A stretch of DNA of 63,325 bases, the filler included, from Globobulimina sp. (Eukaryota): assembly GCA_003354225.1 (NCBI GenBank). It is 26 parts of 26 records of this genome, joined end to end, with 100 filler letters (N's around TTAATTAATTAA, not from the genome) between each part and the next. Parts side by side here need not be neighbours in the genome. Positions count along the whole stretch, not along the records: positions 34,168 to 36,506 come from PIVH01007292.1; positions 36,607 to 38,945 come from PIVH01007293.1; positions 39,046 to 41,384 come from PIVH01007294.1; positions 41,485 to 43,823 come from PIVH01007295.1; positions 43,924 to 46,262 come from PIVH01007296.1; positions 46,363 to 48,700 come from PIVH01007297.1; 20 more parts are not named here. One strand, 5' to 3'. The stretch's first letter is position 1, and each line of letters starts with the position of its first letter. The translations under genes were made by a program, and so were the position numbers. Shown here piece by piece: positions 36,197 through 48,800 of the stretch. The notes under the pieces were generated by a model. That model worked only from the letters and a program-made list of their open reading frames with translations, searched no databases and was not told the DNA's origin.

Positions 36197-36506
36197 ATGG
36201 TGAATTATGCAAACAAAATTATCATAGGATGCGGAAAGTATCTGTCATTGTTTGGTCGTTCCGTCTCGCTGAGATCAAACAGACAGTTTTGCACTCAAAT
36301 CGATCCCAACAGAATCACAGAAATGGATGGCATAGAAGGTTTCTCAAATTATCAGGTGTCATCTTTGGGGAACGTTAGAAACATCAAACGCAATAAATTG
36401 TTGACCATTAATAATGAAAGATTTAAACAATTAAATACTAATCCAATGATAGCAATAAAATCAAACAACGGTAAATGGAAACGGGTCTTTGTCAGCAGGC
36501 TGGTAT
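36197..36506 (+). CDS. NUMOD4-motif (HNH endonuclease-associated) protein (3' partial)
   Basis: IEGFSNYQVSSLGNVRNIK...VSRLV is the NUMOD4 signature. Confidence 0.8.
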
Positions 36507-37333
36507 NNNNNNNNNNNNNNNNNNNNNNNNNNNNNNNNNNNNNNNNNNNNTTAATTAATTAANNNNNNNNNNNNNNNNNNNNNNNNNNNNNNNNNNNNNN
36601 NNNNNNATCCAAAAAGAAGAAAAAGAAGAAAAGAAAACTGAAACGAAAAAAAAAGAAAAAAGATGAAGAGAGGAAAAAGAAAAAAGATGAGGAAACATTT
36701 GGTTTGCCATTCGCTGCGAAGTCAGTTGATATTTCCAATAATCCAATCCAAGGAGTTATTGATTTCAAGGCATGCAATGCTACTCTTACAATGGCACAGT
36801 ACTTTGTTATGACAGAATGTAAATCCGTAACAAGACTGGTAAACATACCCAAAACATTACAATTTCTTAACATTGTTAATTCAGGGATTACATCGCCAAA
36901 TCAATTAGAATTTGAGAATGAAATGGGATTAACACAAATTACAACCAATCTCAATCAAACAAAAGAGTGGGAAACGTTTTTGCGTGAAAATAACAGAGAA
37001 CTGAGAGAAGTGTGGGTTTCTGATCGTGAGATATATAATGATATGGTAAAGATATGTGTAATAACTGTCCATTTGTTTTGAGGTCGACTACGATTGGTCT
37101 CGGCCTTTTGGTTATTTTTTCTTGTTCTTTGTATTGAAATGTTGTCATTATTTCAGAAATAATGCACTTTTATATCAATATTTTTTAGTTTACAATTCCA
37201 AATCAACGCAATAGGTCCGAAAACAACTGTTAATTTGTACAAACTTGAATTACGGAAACTTGCGGTGTAGATTGCAATTTAATTGATTTTGAGTTAACAG
37301 TAAGCTTAAAAAAACAGTACTAGTCCAAAACCC

Positions 37334-38945
37334 ATGGCCTCTAAAACTCAAGTGAGCCAATGGTCGCACCACCAACAGTCCAACGACAGCCAAAAACAGC
37401 TAATGACGAAATTGAAACTAGAGGGCGCCAACATGTTACGCGACATTTACGAGGCAATATTACATATAAAAGATTATTGTGAGAAATTAAAAGAATCGAT
37501 AAACAGTGCTCGCAAAGATAATGAAGAGAAAGATTCGAAAATTGTGTTACGCGAAGATTGCAAGCCATTGAACTATTTTTGTCAATGTGTAGAGAGAGTG
37601 TTATTATTTGGATATAAAAAGAAATTCTTTCGTTCCTCATCCATATGGACATTTTTATGTGAATCCACCTCGAAATCTTTCCCAAATTGCCAGCAATTGG
37701 CGACTGACATAAATCTAATTAAATCCATTGAGGTTCTCAACGAAGATGGAAAAACACGCGCTTTTCTAAGACAGTCATTGCGATCCAAATTAATCCCATT
37801 ATATTTCAAATTGATTCTAAAACAACACGAAATCATTCAGTTCAGTTTGGAAATAGCATAAAGGCATATTTTCAGTTTGAAACTCAACTCCATCAATCAC
37901 AAAATTATAGTTTCAAACCGAAACTGCTTTTTTTTTAATTGTGCTATCCTTGCACTGCCAATTGAGTTTAATTTGAAACTGAATTATTAATAACATTTTG
38001 TCAAAGTGACTATTATTGGGATTTTGGCGTAATTTCACAGCCAAACCAATCACTCGCTTTATTGGCACAGTTGGATGAATTGAATTATTTGCCGTTGAAT
38101 GTGGAATTTCAGATGTTACTAAGTGACAAATCGTTAAATATCATCGAAAACTTCAAAATCGACGATTACGGAGTGCCGCAATGGCATATTAAGCAGGAAC
38201 GAGGTGACATATCTATGATGACTGATATTTGGCTGTTGAAGAATAGGGACAATATCGGCATTGATATAAATGTGAAAAAAACTAAAAAACTTAAAAAAAA
38301 AAACAAATCCAAACCAAAGAGGAAGTTAAATTCCTTGCTGTCTACAGACGATTTGTTGGCGAATGAGAATGAGGAAAATGTCAAATTGCAAATTATTGAA
38401 CGTATCGAGTCTGAGGATAAGAAAATGCTGAAATCCAAAAAGAAGAAAAAGAAGAAAAGAAAACTGAAACGAAAAAAAAAGAAAAAAGATGAAGAGAGGA
38501 AAAAGAAAAAAAAACATAGGAACTCCAACTCTCAATCTTTGTTGTATGTGCTTTCAGTTTCAAACTGCAACAACATTTTGTTTGGGGAATTATTGCAAAA
38601 ACAAAATCAGTTTCAAACTGAAATCCATTTTAAGAAAGAAACAAATCCACGAAAATACGACAGTTGTCGATGATTCTGAGTATATACAAAATATTTTGGA
38701 AAAGGATAAGTTGCAAAAACAAACCAAAAAAACACCCAAAAAACTGCACATTAATAATAATAATAACCCCGATACGGATGTGAATAATTTAAATATTGAG
38801 GATATTATCGATGAACATTTTCAAGATAACGAAAAAAACGCAACAATGCAACCTAAGCAATCATTGAAAACACCGAATAAAAACAATAGCAACCAATCAA
38901 AAACCGCACCAAAAGCAATCAGCCCCAAAATTAAAGTATGATTAT
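37334..38945 (+). CDS. RUN-domain protein; introns 37840-38006 and 38544-38634 (3' partial)
   Basis: CVERVLLFGYK, IWTFL and GKTRAFLRQSL; splicing restores HDYYWDFG..LLAQLDEL; both introns preserve the frame. Confidence 0.85.
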
Positions 38946-39152
38946 NNNNNNNNNNNNNNNNNNNNNNNNNNNNNNNNNNNNNNNNNNNNTTAATTAATTA
39001 ANNNNNNNNNNNNNNNNNNNNNNNNNNNNNNNNNNNNNNNNNNNNTTCTTCAAAACAGACACAGAGAGTGTCAAATAACGTTTACTTTATTTCCCGCTGA
39101 CATTATTATTGATAAGAGAGTCACTTGTTTTCTGTTAAACAACCTTTGTAAC

Positions 39153-41150
39153 ATGTTCAATGTACCATCACTATTTGGAAATAAAAAGAAAAAAAGAAAC
39201 AAAATTTTAGACCCAACAGCACAAAGAAAAGTGAATGAAACGAAAGCGTTGTTACAAAAAGGAGACTGGTCCACTGCTGAGATATTAATTGACAATTTGA
39301 TCCGGACACATCCACACAATGCCGATTGTGTCTGGTTGTATGGCCGATTGTGTGCAAACAGAGGACAATGTTAATATGTGTACCTTCCGCATTGTAACAA
39401 ATATATATATATATTATTTACAAACAGACGATGCAGCAATATTCCATTTTAAACAATGCATCAAATTAGCACCGACACACTCAGATTGTTACTGTACATA
39501 TGGTGCAACATTAGGACTGAAAAAAAAATATAAAGCGGAAGAAGAAATGTATAAGAAATGTTTACAACTATCACCATCTCATCATCTCTGCCATTTTAAT
39601 TATGGGCACTTATGTGAGATGCGAAGTGATTATAAAAACGCAGAGAAGCATTTCAAACAAGCCATTGAAGGATATTCAAACGATGCTAATTATTACATGC
39701 AGTACGGCAAATTATTAAAAAACGTCCATAGATATGAAGAAGCACAGAAAAACTATGAAATTGCAATCACCATTGGCCCAAAATGTGCAGAACCATACTA
39801 TTTATATTCAAAATTATTGCAAAGAATGGGGAACATTCCCGAAGCAATTAAAAATTTACAAAAAGCGTGCCGATTAGCACCAGATAAGAAGGAATATCAA
39901 CGCATATTACATGTACTCGTTCGATCTAAACAAACGCCACGAATACGAAAATCTGAATCGTTAGCGGTCGGTATGAACGTTGCAACCATTAATCAAACAC
40001 CCAGCGATTCAGAGACCTCGCAGTCAGCCAAAACATTGAAAAAACGGTCACAGACTGAGGGGATTTTAAAATTAAATGATAAGCCATCCATTCCATTCAT
40101 GGCCAATGATGCATATTTTAAAAAAGCAGTGGAATTATATCAGAAGGAAGAATATGACGAAGCAGAGGGTATTCTCAAATTAGTAATAAGTATAAAACCA
40201 AATCACGAACAAGCTCAGAGATTATATAAATATTTATCGCAGAAAATGTATATTCCAAAGGCAAAGACCAAGACCAATAAGAATAAAAATAGTAAACACA
40301 CACAAAAGCCCTCACATCCGACACATCGTAAAGTTGGATCAGATCCGTTATGGACCGCAAATATTAAATCAAGACCACGATCAAACACAGTGTCAGTATC
40401 TATTGACGGGGCGGAAAGCAAAGATGTGAAAGAAGCAAAGGTTGATATCGATGATAACGATAAAAGTACGAAACTTGATCGTGATCCATGTCAAATTGAA
40501 GTTTAGTTTTTGCATATTTTACACTGTGCAAATATATATATCGTGCATGACATGTACAGTTTATTCGTTTTTTGGATGATCGGGTTAAACTTAATAAGCA
40601 ATATCCGGATTTGTACGAAAGATTTGAGAAATTGGGGTCTGATGATATTCGGTTTATATTTCATTTTGATATTCAAACATTGTCAGACGAAGTAAACATA
40701 AAAAGTCTTCATTGTAAGATGTTTATGAAGAAAATTGGAGTATTCCAAGCCGAGGCAAATGTGTTTCGCGATTGGTTGAAACGTATTGTGTCAGGAAATC
40801 AGGAGTGTTCGAGTATGGATGGATTGATTGATAGGTTGGAGAATAAAGGAATATTGACATTTGAAGCATTGTATCGCTATGTATTACAAAAAGAAGATTT
40901 AATGAAAATAATTGGGAAGGAATTTACTAAAATACATCATATTTTATGGAAGGAAATCGAGAATCAACAGAAAGATTTAATTGTATCTGGAAGTGGCTCT
41001 GATTCTGCTCCAAACCCAGCATTTGCAATGCAAACACCATTAGGTCCTTTACCTGATAATGTGGCTGCAGTTTATCCAAATAATAATATTTCTTCATGTC
41101 AGCAAAATGATAGCCACGAAGGCAAAAGTAATGAAACAATATTGCATTGA
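39153..41150 (+). CDS. TPR-repeat protein with a C-terminal SAM-like region (3 exons)
   Basis: Tandem TPR helices (A..YGxLL..AE..Y..AI..P); short GT-AG introns near 39370-39427 and 40501-40559. Confidence 0.8.
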
Positions 41151-41484
41151 TTGCTGTTAATTGTAGAGTTAGAAGTTGTAAATTGTTTTTTTTTTTTTTA
41201 TCCTAGCTATCTGTTTGTTTTTTGTTGTGTGACTTGTGTCACGATATTATTTCTTCATTTTTTATTGTTTGTATTTTTTTTGTTGTGCAAAATTGTCCCC
41301 ATTCGAGTTTTTTAAAACATTCTTAATTATTAATATATTACTGGCATTTTGTTATGATATGGCAACGTCCATAAAGTCGATACANNNNNNNNNNNNNNNN
41401 NNNNNNNNNNNNNNNNNNNNNNNNNNNNTTAATTAATTAANNNNNNNNNNNNNNNNNNNNNNNNNNNNNNNNNNNNNNNNNNNN

Positions 41485-42231
41485 GGTAAATGAAGTAAAA
41501 TTATATTCTTCTGCAATATCATCGCCGCCAATATAAATTTGCAATCCTTGCGACGAAGGAAACGTATTTAAAAATCCACATTTTTGTTTGAATGCACCCC
41601 ATGTCGGATTATAATGGGTGATATATATTACATTATTAATTGGATCATTTTCCAGCTGAATGGTAATTGGCCATCTTTCGGGAAATGACGGGTGTTGAGG
41701 AGGCTCCATATCAGAGTTGAGACCGCCATTCGTTGCTTTGGTGGATAACTCTAAATTTCCCGCATCATTCATTACCAAATCATTGATATTTGCATAATTC
41801 ATAGAATTTGTAGGCGGTGTTGCTGTGTCGCATATTGGCGACATTCGATTCTGTTTTATATTCTCATTTTTATCCATCCGAAAAACGGTTGTGAAAAATT
41901 GTGTATTTGCGATATCAGTCCATGCAATGTAAAGATCGCAGTCTCTGACGCTTGATACCTTCATAGAGCTATTTATAGTTAATCTCAATTTGGTAATATA
42001 CGTTGGGTGAAAGGCCCACATTGGTGACAAATGTATTAGCATTTGTAAAGAAATTTGATCTCTCATTACAATATTCCATGAGGTAGCTGTTGTTGCGACA
42101 TCATAACTGTCTAATATAGCAACAAAGGCGCCCTGTTGATTTGGATTTGTTGGCACCAAAGTAACATGATTTATTAGCTTTGAGTAATCGCAGTGTAGGA
42201 AGAATAAGATTAATGACCAAGTTGCTGCCAT
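41485..42231 (-). CDS. Secreted hypothetical protein (3' partial)
   Basis: Signal-peptide-like MAATWSLILFFL; open to the contig end. Confidence 0.55.
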
Positions 42232-42354
42232 ATAGAGAATTTCTGGTGGATATATTCTTCAAACTTTTTCCGAAAATCAAAGATGTGATAAATGCAAGAA
42301 TACTAAAATTACACTTTTTTTGCAAAATTCAAAGCGATGTCAAAAATTTCTGAA

Positions 42355-43383
42355 TTAAGAAAATAAAAGCTTTGTTGCAACATATTTAAATGGCAGAGAT
42401 TGGAGTGTGTGATTAAAGTCCGCTGGAATCCAATCAAAATTTTGATTATCGGTGCGTAACAATTGATTTTCATTCATTTTATTAATAAACGGTAACAGCA
42501 CATTTCTTAACCACTCATCGGAATTTCTCTTTTTTTCCACCTGTTCAAAATAAAATGCATCATCCAAAAGACCAAACGGCTCGAAACTCTGTGCTTTAAG
42601 CTTTACAATATTGGTTCCGGATTTTTTTAGCTTTCCTTCAGTGAACTCGTCTTTTACCCACACGTTTGAACGGTCATCAACCACCAAAATATTATCATAT
42701 TTAATTAAATCCATATCAAACATGAATAGCATTTTCAACGATTTCCTGCCGTTTGGCGCAGAGATTACCCGATCAAATTGGAAATATTTTGTGCATGTTT
42801 TATTTTTATAATACAAATTAAAATACATTTCCATAAAAATTGCGTTCGGAAACACATGTCTTGGCTTTGCTTTTGAATAAATAACAATGTCCGATGTCAT
42901 AGCACCATTTTGCAAAATGTCCATAACATTTTTTCGCATCAAACTAATGCCATTTATTGTATATGAAAATAATGCTTCCTTGCTATTTGCTGATTGGATG
43001 TATTTTTTTTGCTGATTTTGTTCGCTTTGATCGCTATTAATGGTACAAATTAAAGTTTCATCCAAATCTAATACGATCAAATTTTTTGATTGGGATTTAT
43101 TTAATGAACGTAGCCCGGAATTCATGTCCGTTTCCAGATCACCCATCAATTGATTGTATCTGGTTTCACATAGAGATTGCATGAATTGTGACGAATTTGT
43201 TCCTGGTAATGATTGCAAGAGTATGTTGCAATAATTGGTGACGGGGTTTGAGTATTTCAAGAGTCTGACTGGTTGAGTATTAATGTTTGTTCTGCATAGT
43301 ATTAATGTTATTTTCAGCAACGAGGGTATAATTAAGATGATTGTCCATACGGCCATGATTACTGAACCTACAACGAAAACCAT
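42355..43383 (-). CDS. FCP1/NIF-like HAD phosphatase with an N-terminal membrane anchor
   Basis: LIVLDLDETL (DxDxT), IVIYSKA and ILVVDDRSNVW motifs. Confidence 0.8.
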   Translation of the reverse strand: MVFVVGSVIMAVWTIILIIPSLLKITLILCRTNINTQPVRLLKYSNPVTNYCNILLQSLPGTNSSQFMQSLCETRYNQLMGDLETDMNSGLRSLNKSQSKNLIVLDLDETLICTINSDQSEQNQQKKYIQSANSKEALFSYTINGISLMRKNVMDILQNGAMTSDIVIYSKAKPRHVFPNAIFMEMYFNLYYKNKTCTKYFQFDRVISAPNGRKSLKMLFMFDMDLIKYDNILVVDDRSNVWVKDEFTEGKLKKSGTNIVKLKAQSFEPFGLLDDAFYFEQVEKKRNSDEWLRNVLLPFINKMNENQLLRTDNQNFDWIPADFNHTLQSLPFKYVATKLLFS

Positions 43384-43923
43384 GATGAACAGAGTGTTTT
43401 GGATGTTACAACTAACAACTTCTCATAAAGATGACATCATCACAACCTACAAGAAATCCAACATATACTCCAACTAATTTTGCAACATATACCTGACCAC
43501 GAATGTTGATGTAACTGCAGATAATATACGATTGTACGTGATGGTGCGTTAACTTGTGCCGGTTCCAAAATCAATGAAGATGCAAATGGTACTAACACAG
43601 AACACAGAGCCGAAATTGATGCCACATTATCAGATCATTTAACAGTTGATATTGGCCCAATAATACATGCTCTGTTTACAAAGTATTGTTCTATTATATC
43701 AATAGGTTTCATTTAGAGTCTGTGCTGGATTAATTCATTGAGAATTGTCCTGGAAATATAAAATAAAGTTTATTGTTTCATTTGTTTGTCATTCCGCATC
43801 TTTCTTCCACAACACACGTGTGTNNNNNNNNNNNNNNNNNNNNNNNNNNNNNNNNNNNNNNNNNNNNTTAATTAATTAANNNNNNNNNNNNNNNNNNNNN
43901 NNNNNNNNNNNNNNNNNNNNNNN

Positions 43924-46262
43924 AGAATATGCGGAAAATATCAAACAATTAGTTCATGAAAGAAAGAAATTAGTAAATGCGCAGAAATTATTTGGTATAG
44001 AAATCGCCGTCTATCCGCAACTAAATTTTGTAGAAAATTATATGCAAAAATTAGATAAATTATTCAAATTATATTCGTATCACAAAAACAAAGAAAAGAA
44101 ATGGTCAGAAATATTGTGGTCTGAATTGGATGTCAATGTATTGGAAGTGGGCTGTCAAGACAGTTTGGTCAAACTCGAAGAATTGGACGATTCGTTGAAA
44201 GAATTAAATACATTTCGCCATGTTTCTGAAAATATGGAAGCATTTCAAAATGCATTGCCGTTAATATCTTCCCTAAAAACGGATGCATTACGCGATCGAC
44301 ATTGGAAACAATTAATGGATTTAACGGGAATTACATTTGATGTACATTCTACATCGTTTACTTTGGGCAAATTATTTGAGATGAAATTGCATCGTTTTGG
44401 TGATAAAATATCTGCGATAACCTATGGTGCTGAGCAAGAAAGGAAAATTGAGAAAAAATTAATGTCCATCAAAACCATTTGGAATAAAAAAATATTTCCA
44501 TTGCATAAATATAAAGGTATACCAATTTTAAATGACACATCGGAAATGCAGAGCGATTTAGAAGACGACGTGCTTAATTTGCAAACCTTACTAAATTCGC
44601 GATTCGTAGTACATTTCCGAAGTGATGTGGCTGAATGGGATAAAAATTTAAATTTAGTGACTGAATGTATCAAAATCTGGATCACGGTACAACAGAAATG
44701 GATGTATTTAGAAGGTATATTCATCGGTTCTGACGATATTCGCGTGCAGTTAAAACAGGCCGCCTTAGCTTTCGATGCTGTACATAATGAGTTTCGTAAA
44801 TTGATGGAGACGGTGGAGACCAATCCAAATGCAGTGCGAACCTGCAAAATGGACAAACGCTTGGACGATTTAAAGAGATTAAGTAATGAATTGGATCAAT
44901 GTCAAAGATCATTATCAGACTATCTGGAATCAAAAAGAAATGCATTCCCTCGCTTTTTCTTCATTTCTGATGATGAATTACTATCAATGTTAGGCACATC
45001 CGATCCAACCTCGGTAAAAGAACATATGTTGAAATTATTTGTCAATTGCAAGCGGTTAAAATTCCGCGGGAATAATATCATTGGTATGGAATCCTCTGAG
45101 AAGGAATACTTTGATTTTGAGCAAAACGTAGAAGCCCACGGCAAAGTGGAGAAGTGGATGAACAGAGTTCAAACTGCAATGAGGACCACACTGCATAGCA
45201 AAGCAAAGCAAGCCGTATTTTATTATCCCAGACAACAGCGCATCGAATGGATATTTAATAATTTAGGGATGATTGGCATTTTAGGCTGTCAAATATGGTG
45301 GACCTGGCAGGTGGAAGATGCCTTTTTAGCCGTCCAACAAAAAGGTGATAAAAACGCAATGAAAAAACTAAATAACAAATTAACTGCGCAAATCACAGAA
45401 TTGGTGTCTCATGTTCGTAAATCGGGGCTGACTAAGAATGACAGGAAGAAGATGAACACATTGATTATTATTGATGTTCATGCCAGAGATATAATCTCTG
45501 GCTTTGTTCGGGATTCCATATTAGATTCAAATGAATTTGAATGGGAGTCGCAATTAAGATTTTATTGGGATAAGGAGACGGACGATGTTGCCATTAAACA
45601 GTGTACGGGCTCATTCCGTTATGGTTATGAGTATATGGGTTTGAATGGCAGATTAGTTATAACGCCATTGACGGACCGCTGCATTATGACCTTGACCCAA
45701 GCACTGACCTTCAATATGGGCGGTGCGCCTGCGGGGCCTGCCGGAACTGGCAAAACCGAAACAGTTAAGGATTTAGCAAAATCGCTGGCCATTCCATGCT
45801 TTGTAACCAATTGTGGCGAAGGTTTAGATTATAAAGCAATGGGATCCATATTTAGCGGTTTAATACAAATTGGAGCATGGGGTTGTTTTGATGAATTCAA
45901 CCGTATCGAGTTGGAGGTTTTATCCGTTGTTTCGACTCAATTGCGAGTTTTATTGAATGCAATTAAATGTAAATTGGACACATTTGAGTTTTTAGGACGT
46001 GATATATCGTGTGATCCACGATGCGGCTTTTTTATTACAATGAATCCAGGCTATGCAGGTCGCGCAGAATTGCCTGATAACTTAAAATCGTTATTTCGTC
46101 CGGTTACTATGATTGTGCCTGATATGGAACAGATATGTGAAATTCTGCTGTTTTCTGAAGGATTTGCGCAGGCTCGAATGTTGGCGAAGAAAATGTGTGT
46201 TTTATACAAATTAGCTCGAGAACCATTGAGTAAACAGTACCATTATGATTTTGGTTTAAGAG
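43924..46262 (+). CDS. DNAH10: Axonemal dynein heavy chain, DNAH10 (I1-alpha)-like, linker and AAA1 (internal fragment)
   Basis: FPRFFFISDDELLS, YGYEYMGLNGRLVITPLTDR, GPAGTGKTE, CFDEFNR and ITMNPGYAGR motifs. Confidence 0.9.
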
Positions 46263-46394
46263 NNNNNNNNNNNNNNNNNNNNNNNNNNNNNNNNNNNNNN
46301 NNNNNNTTAATTAATTAANNNNNNNNNNNNNNNNNNNNNNNNNNNNNNNNNNNNNNNNNNNNTATTACATCATTTTGAAAAACGGAAGGCAGCG

Positions 46395-48455
46395 ATGGCT
46401 ACTTTGCCACGCATCCAATCAGAACCCGCGATGCACAAATCCTGGGTAGGTTCGTTAACTGCCAATACTGACCCACGTACACGACGTAAATCCACCGTCT
46501 CGTATCCAGCAGAACACTTCCACCCTCGCATGGTATTAGAATTAATATTATCGCAACCGTGCCATGCATATATTGGTATTGGTCCTAATTTACGGCCATT
46601 AATTGAATTAACAATACGTGATTTACAAGATGAGTTTTCGGACAACACCAACGTTGACGATGCCTATGATAAGGAATTAATCGACGAAGCCTTACTACGT
46701 TTAGAAATTGAAGAATTTAAATCATTTGTACCCTTACAAGCCTCTATACAGAATTTTGAAACTATATTAGACCAAAAATATACAAACTCGCTAATTAAAG
46801 CTGTGTGTCATGCGTTGATTGGCTCTTTTTTAGCCGGCTACAACACCTCTTTGCTAAACGTACCTGCACTTTTAATACAGTCGCAATGCAATTTATCATT
46901 GGAAACATTCTCTTTCCTGCAGTCCATATATTGTGTTGGCGGCTTATTTGGTGCTCTCATCGCCGGCTATTCCGCCGATAAATGTGGCAGGAAATTCGTT
47001 TTGTTATTTGCAAATTTACAGTTTATGCTCTCAGGCATTATCTCCATGTTATATGCATTTAATATATTTGGCGATATCAATACACCGCAATTCACCTTCA
47101 AATATTTCATAATCTCGCGACTTATATCCGGCTTAGCCTCCGGTATCTCGACTGCCATCGTACCCACTTATTTAGGCGAGATATCTCCGCCAATCATACG
47201 CGGCGAGATTGGCACTTTGAATGCGTTCATAAATGCGTTTGGAATTTTGTTTGCAGAGATTATTGGCTTTAACTATTTATTTGGCAATGCAAAGTTGTGG
47301 ATGTTTATATTTGTGGTCAATGTCATACCGTGCTGCATACAGTTGTTATTTATCAAATCTTTATGTGAGTCGCCGCAGTGGTTATTGTTCAATAATTTTC
47401 GTGACAGAGCGAGGGATATATTTATGTTATTGCGCGAGTCACAAAATGTGGAATTTGATATGCGATCTATTAAAACAAAGAAATATTACGAAGCCACTGC
47501 GAAAATCAACAATAACCGGACACAGACTCCTTCGCCAAAGACCAAACATAATATGTATATAAATTCGAAACAGAAATATGAGAAATCATCGTTGTTGGAT
47601 GATGTGCTCGAAGCTGAACACAAAGAATATGGCTCAACACAGAGAAACTCTGTTAGCTCTCAGCTAGAACAGATAGAACAGATAGATATGGAACATATAG
47701 ATATGGAACATATAGACAGCCACATTGGCATGAAACAGAATAAATTGGTGTTGTTTTATATATTTTTCATGACCATTTGCCTGCAGCTGGTCCAACAATT
47801 GAGTGGCATCAACAGTGTCTGGTATTATTCATCCATAATGCTGCAAAATGCCGGACTGACTTCTTCCTTTCAACTGTGGATTGGAAATATTTTGATTGCG
47901 AGCAGTAATTTTTTTGGCGTGTTGATCCCGGTGAAGTTGATTGAGAAAATAGGCAGGAAATTGCTACTCTATTTGTCATGTATTGGCATGATTGTGGCCT
48001 CTATTTTTTTGTCCATAGTTTTGATGTTTGCCAAAGAGATACAAGACGCTGCGGGCTATCTGTCAATCATCATATTGATTATGTATGTTATATCGTTCGC
48101 GATGGGCTTAGGACCGATTGGTATGCAAAGAGTTATATTATTTGCAGTAAATATAGTTATATTTTCTATTATTTATATAGTTGGTTTGTTAACTGTTGAG
48201 TTGTCGCCATCATCCCATCGGGGTACAATTGTATCGGTAGCGTTTTTTATAAATTATTCTGCCAATTTATTCGTGGCACAATATGCGAATTTTGTGGTGG
48301 AGTCTATATATTATTTACCATTTGCTGGTATTTGTTTGTTAGGAATTGTGTTTACATATTTTTGTTTGCCAGAAACTAAAGGAAAAAAAGAAAATGATAT
48401 ACAAGCTGAAATATTGTATAAAGTTACGCGGCAAGATAACTATATGCTATATTGA
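46395..48455 (+). CDS. MFS sugar porter (GLUT-like); in-frame intron 48121-48180
   Basis: DKCGRK, YLGEISP..RG, QQLSGIN, GLGPI and LPETKGK motifs. Confidence 0.93.
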   Translation: MATLPRIQSEPAMHKSWVGSLTANTDPRTRRKSTVSYPAEHFHPRMVLELILSQPCHAYIGIGPNLRPLIELTIRDLQDEFSDNTNVDDAYDKELIDEALLRLEIEEFKSFVPLQASIQNFETILDQKYTNSLIKAVCHALIGSFLAGYNTSLLNVPALLIQSQCNLSLETFSFLQSIYCVGGLFGALIAGYSADKCGRKFVLLFANLQFMLSGIISMLYAFNIFGDINTPQFTFKYFIISRLISGLASGISTAIVPTYLGEISPPIIRGEIGTLNAFINAFGILFAEIIGFNYLFGNAKLWMFIFVVNVIPCCIQLLFIKSLCESPQWLLFNNFRDRARDIFMLLRESQNVEFDMRSIKTKKYYEATAKINNNRTQTPSPKTKHNMYINSKQKYEKSSLLDDVLEAEHKEYGSTQRNSVSSQLEQIEQIDMEHIDMEHIDSHIGMKQNKLVLFYIFFMTICLQLVQQLSGINSVWYYSSIMLQNAGLTSSFQLWIGNILIASSNFFGVLIPVKLIEKIGRKLLLYLSCIGMIVASIFLSIVLMFAKEIQDAAGYLSIIILIMYVISFAMGLGPIGMQRVILFAVNIVIFSIIYIVGLLTVELSPSSHRGTIVSVAFFINYSANLFVAQYANFVVESIYYLPFAGICLLGIVFTYFCLPETKGKKENDIQAEILYKVTRQDNYMLY

Positions 48456-48800
48456 AGAGACAATTGCAAACAATTGAATTGTGCCTATTTAATAGATACA
48501 TTGTACATACATATAATATAATATATGATGGACTGATACCAATTGCTGTTAGTTTAACGGCAAATAATGACACATTCAAATATTTTTGTGCTTTAATTTG
48601 CAATATGTAACTTTTCCTCTAGTTTTTTTTTTTCAAACTCTTCGTCGTCACTAGACGCAACATGTGTCACTGATATCATATGATATGTCATAATCCCAAT
48701 NNNNNNNNNNNNNNNNNNNNNNNNNNNNNNNNNNNNNNNNNNNNTTAATTAATTAANNNNNNNNNNNNNNNNNNNNNNNNNNNNNNNNNNNNNNNNNNNN

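Noticed and set aside
36607-36682. Exact copy of the lysine-rich segment at about 38433-38510 at the contig start
   Set aside because: Low-complexity sequence at a contig edge; typical of an assembly-graph or chimera artefact.
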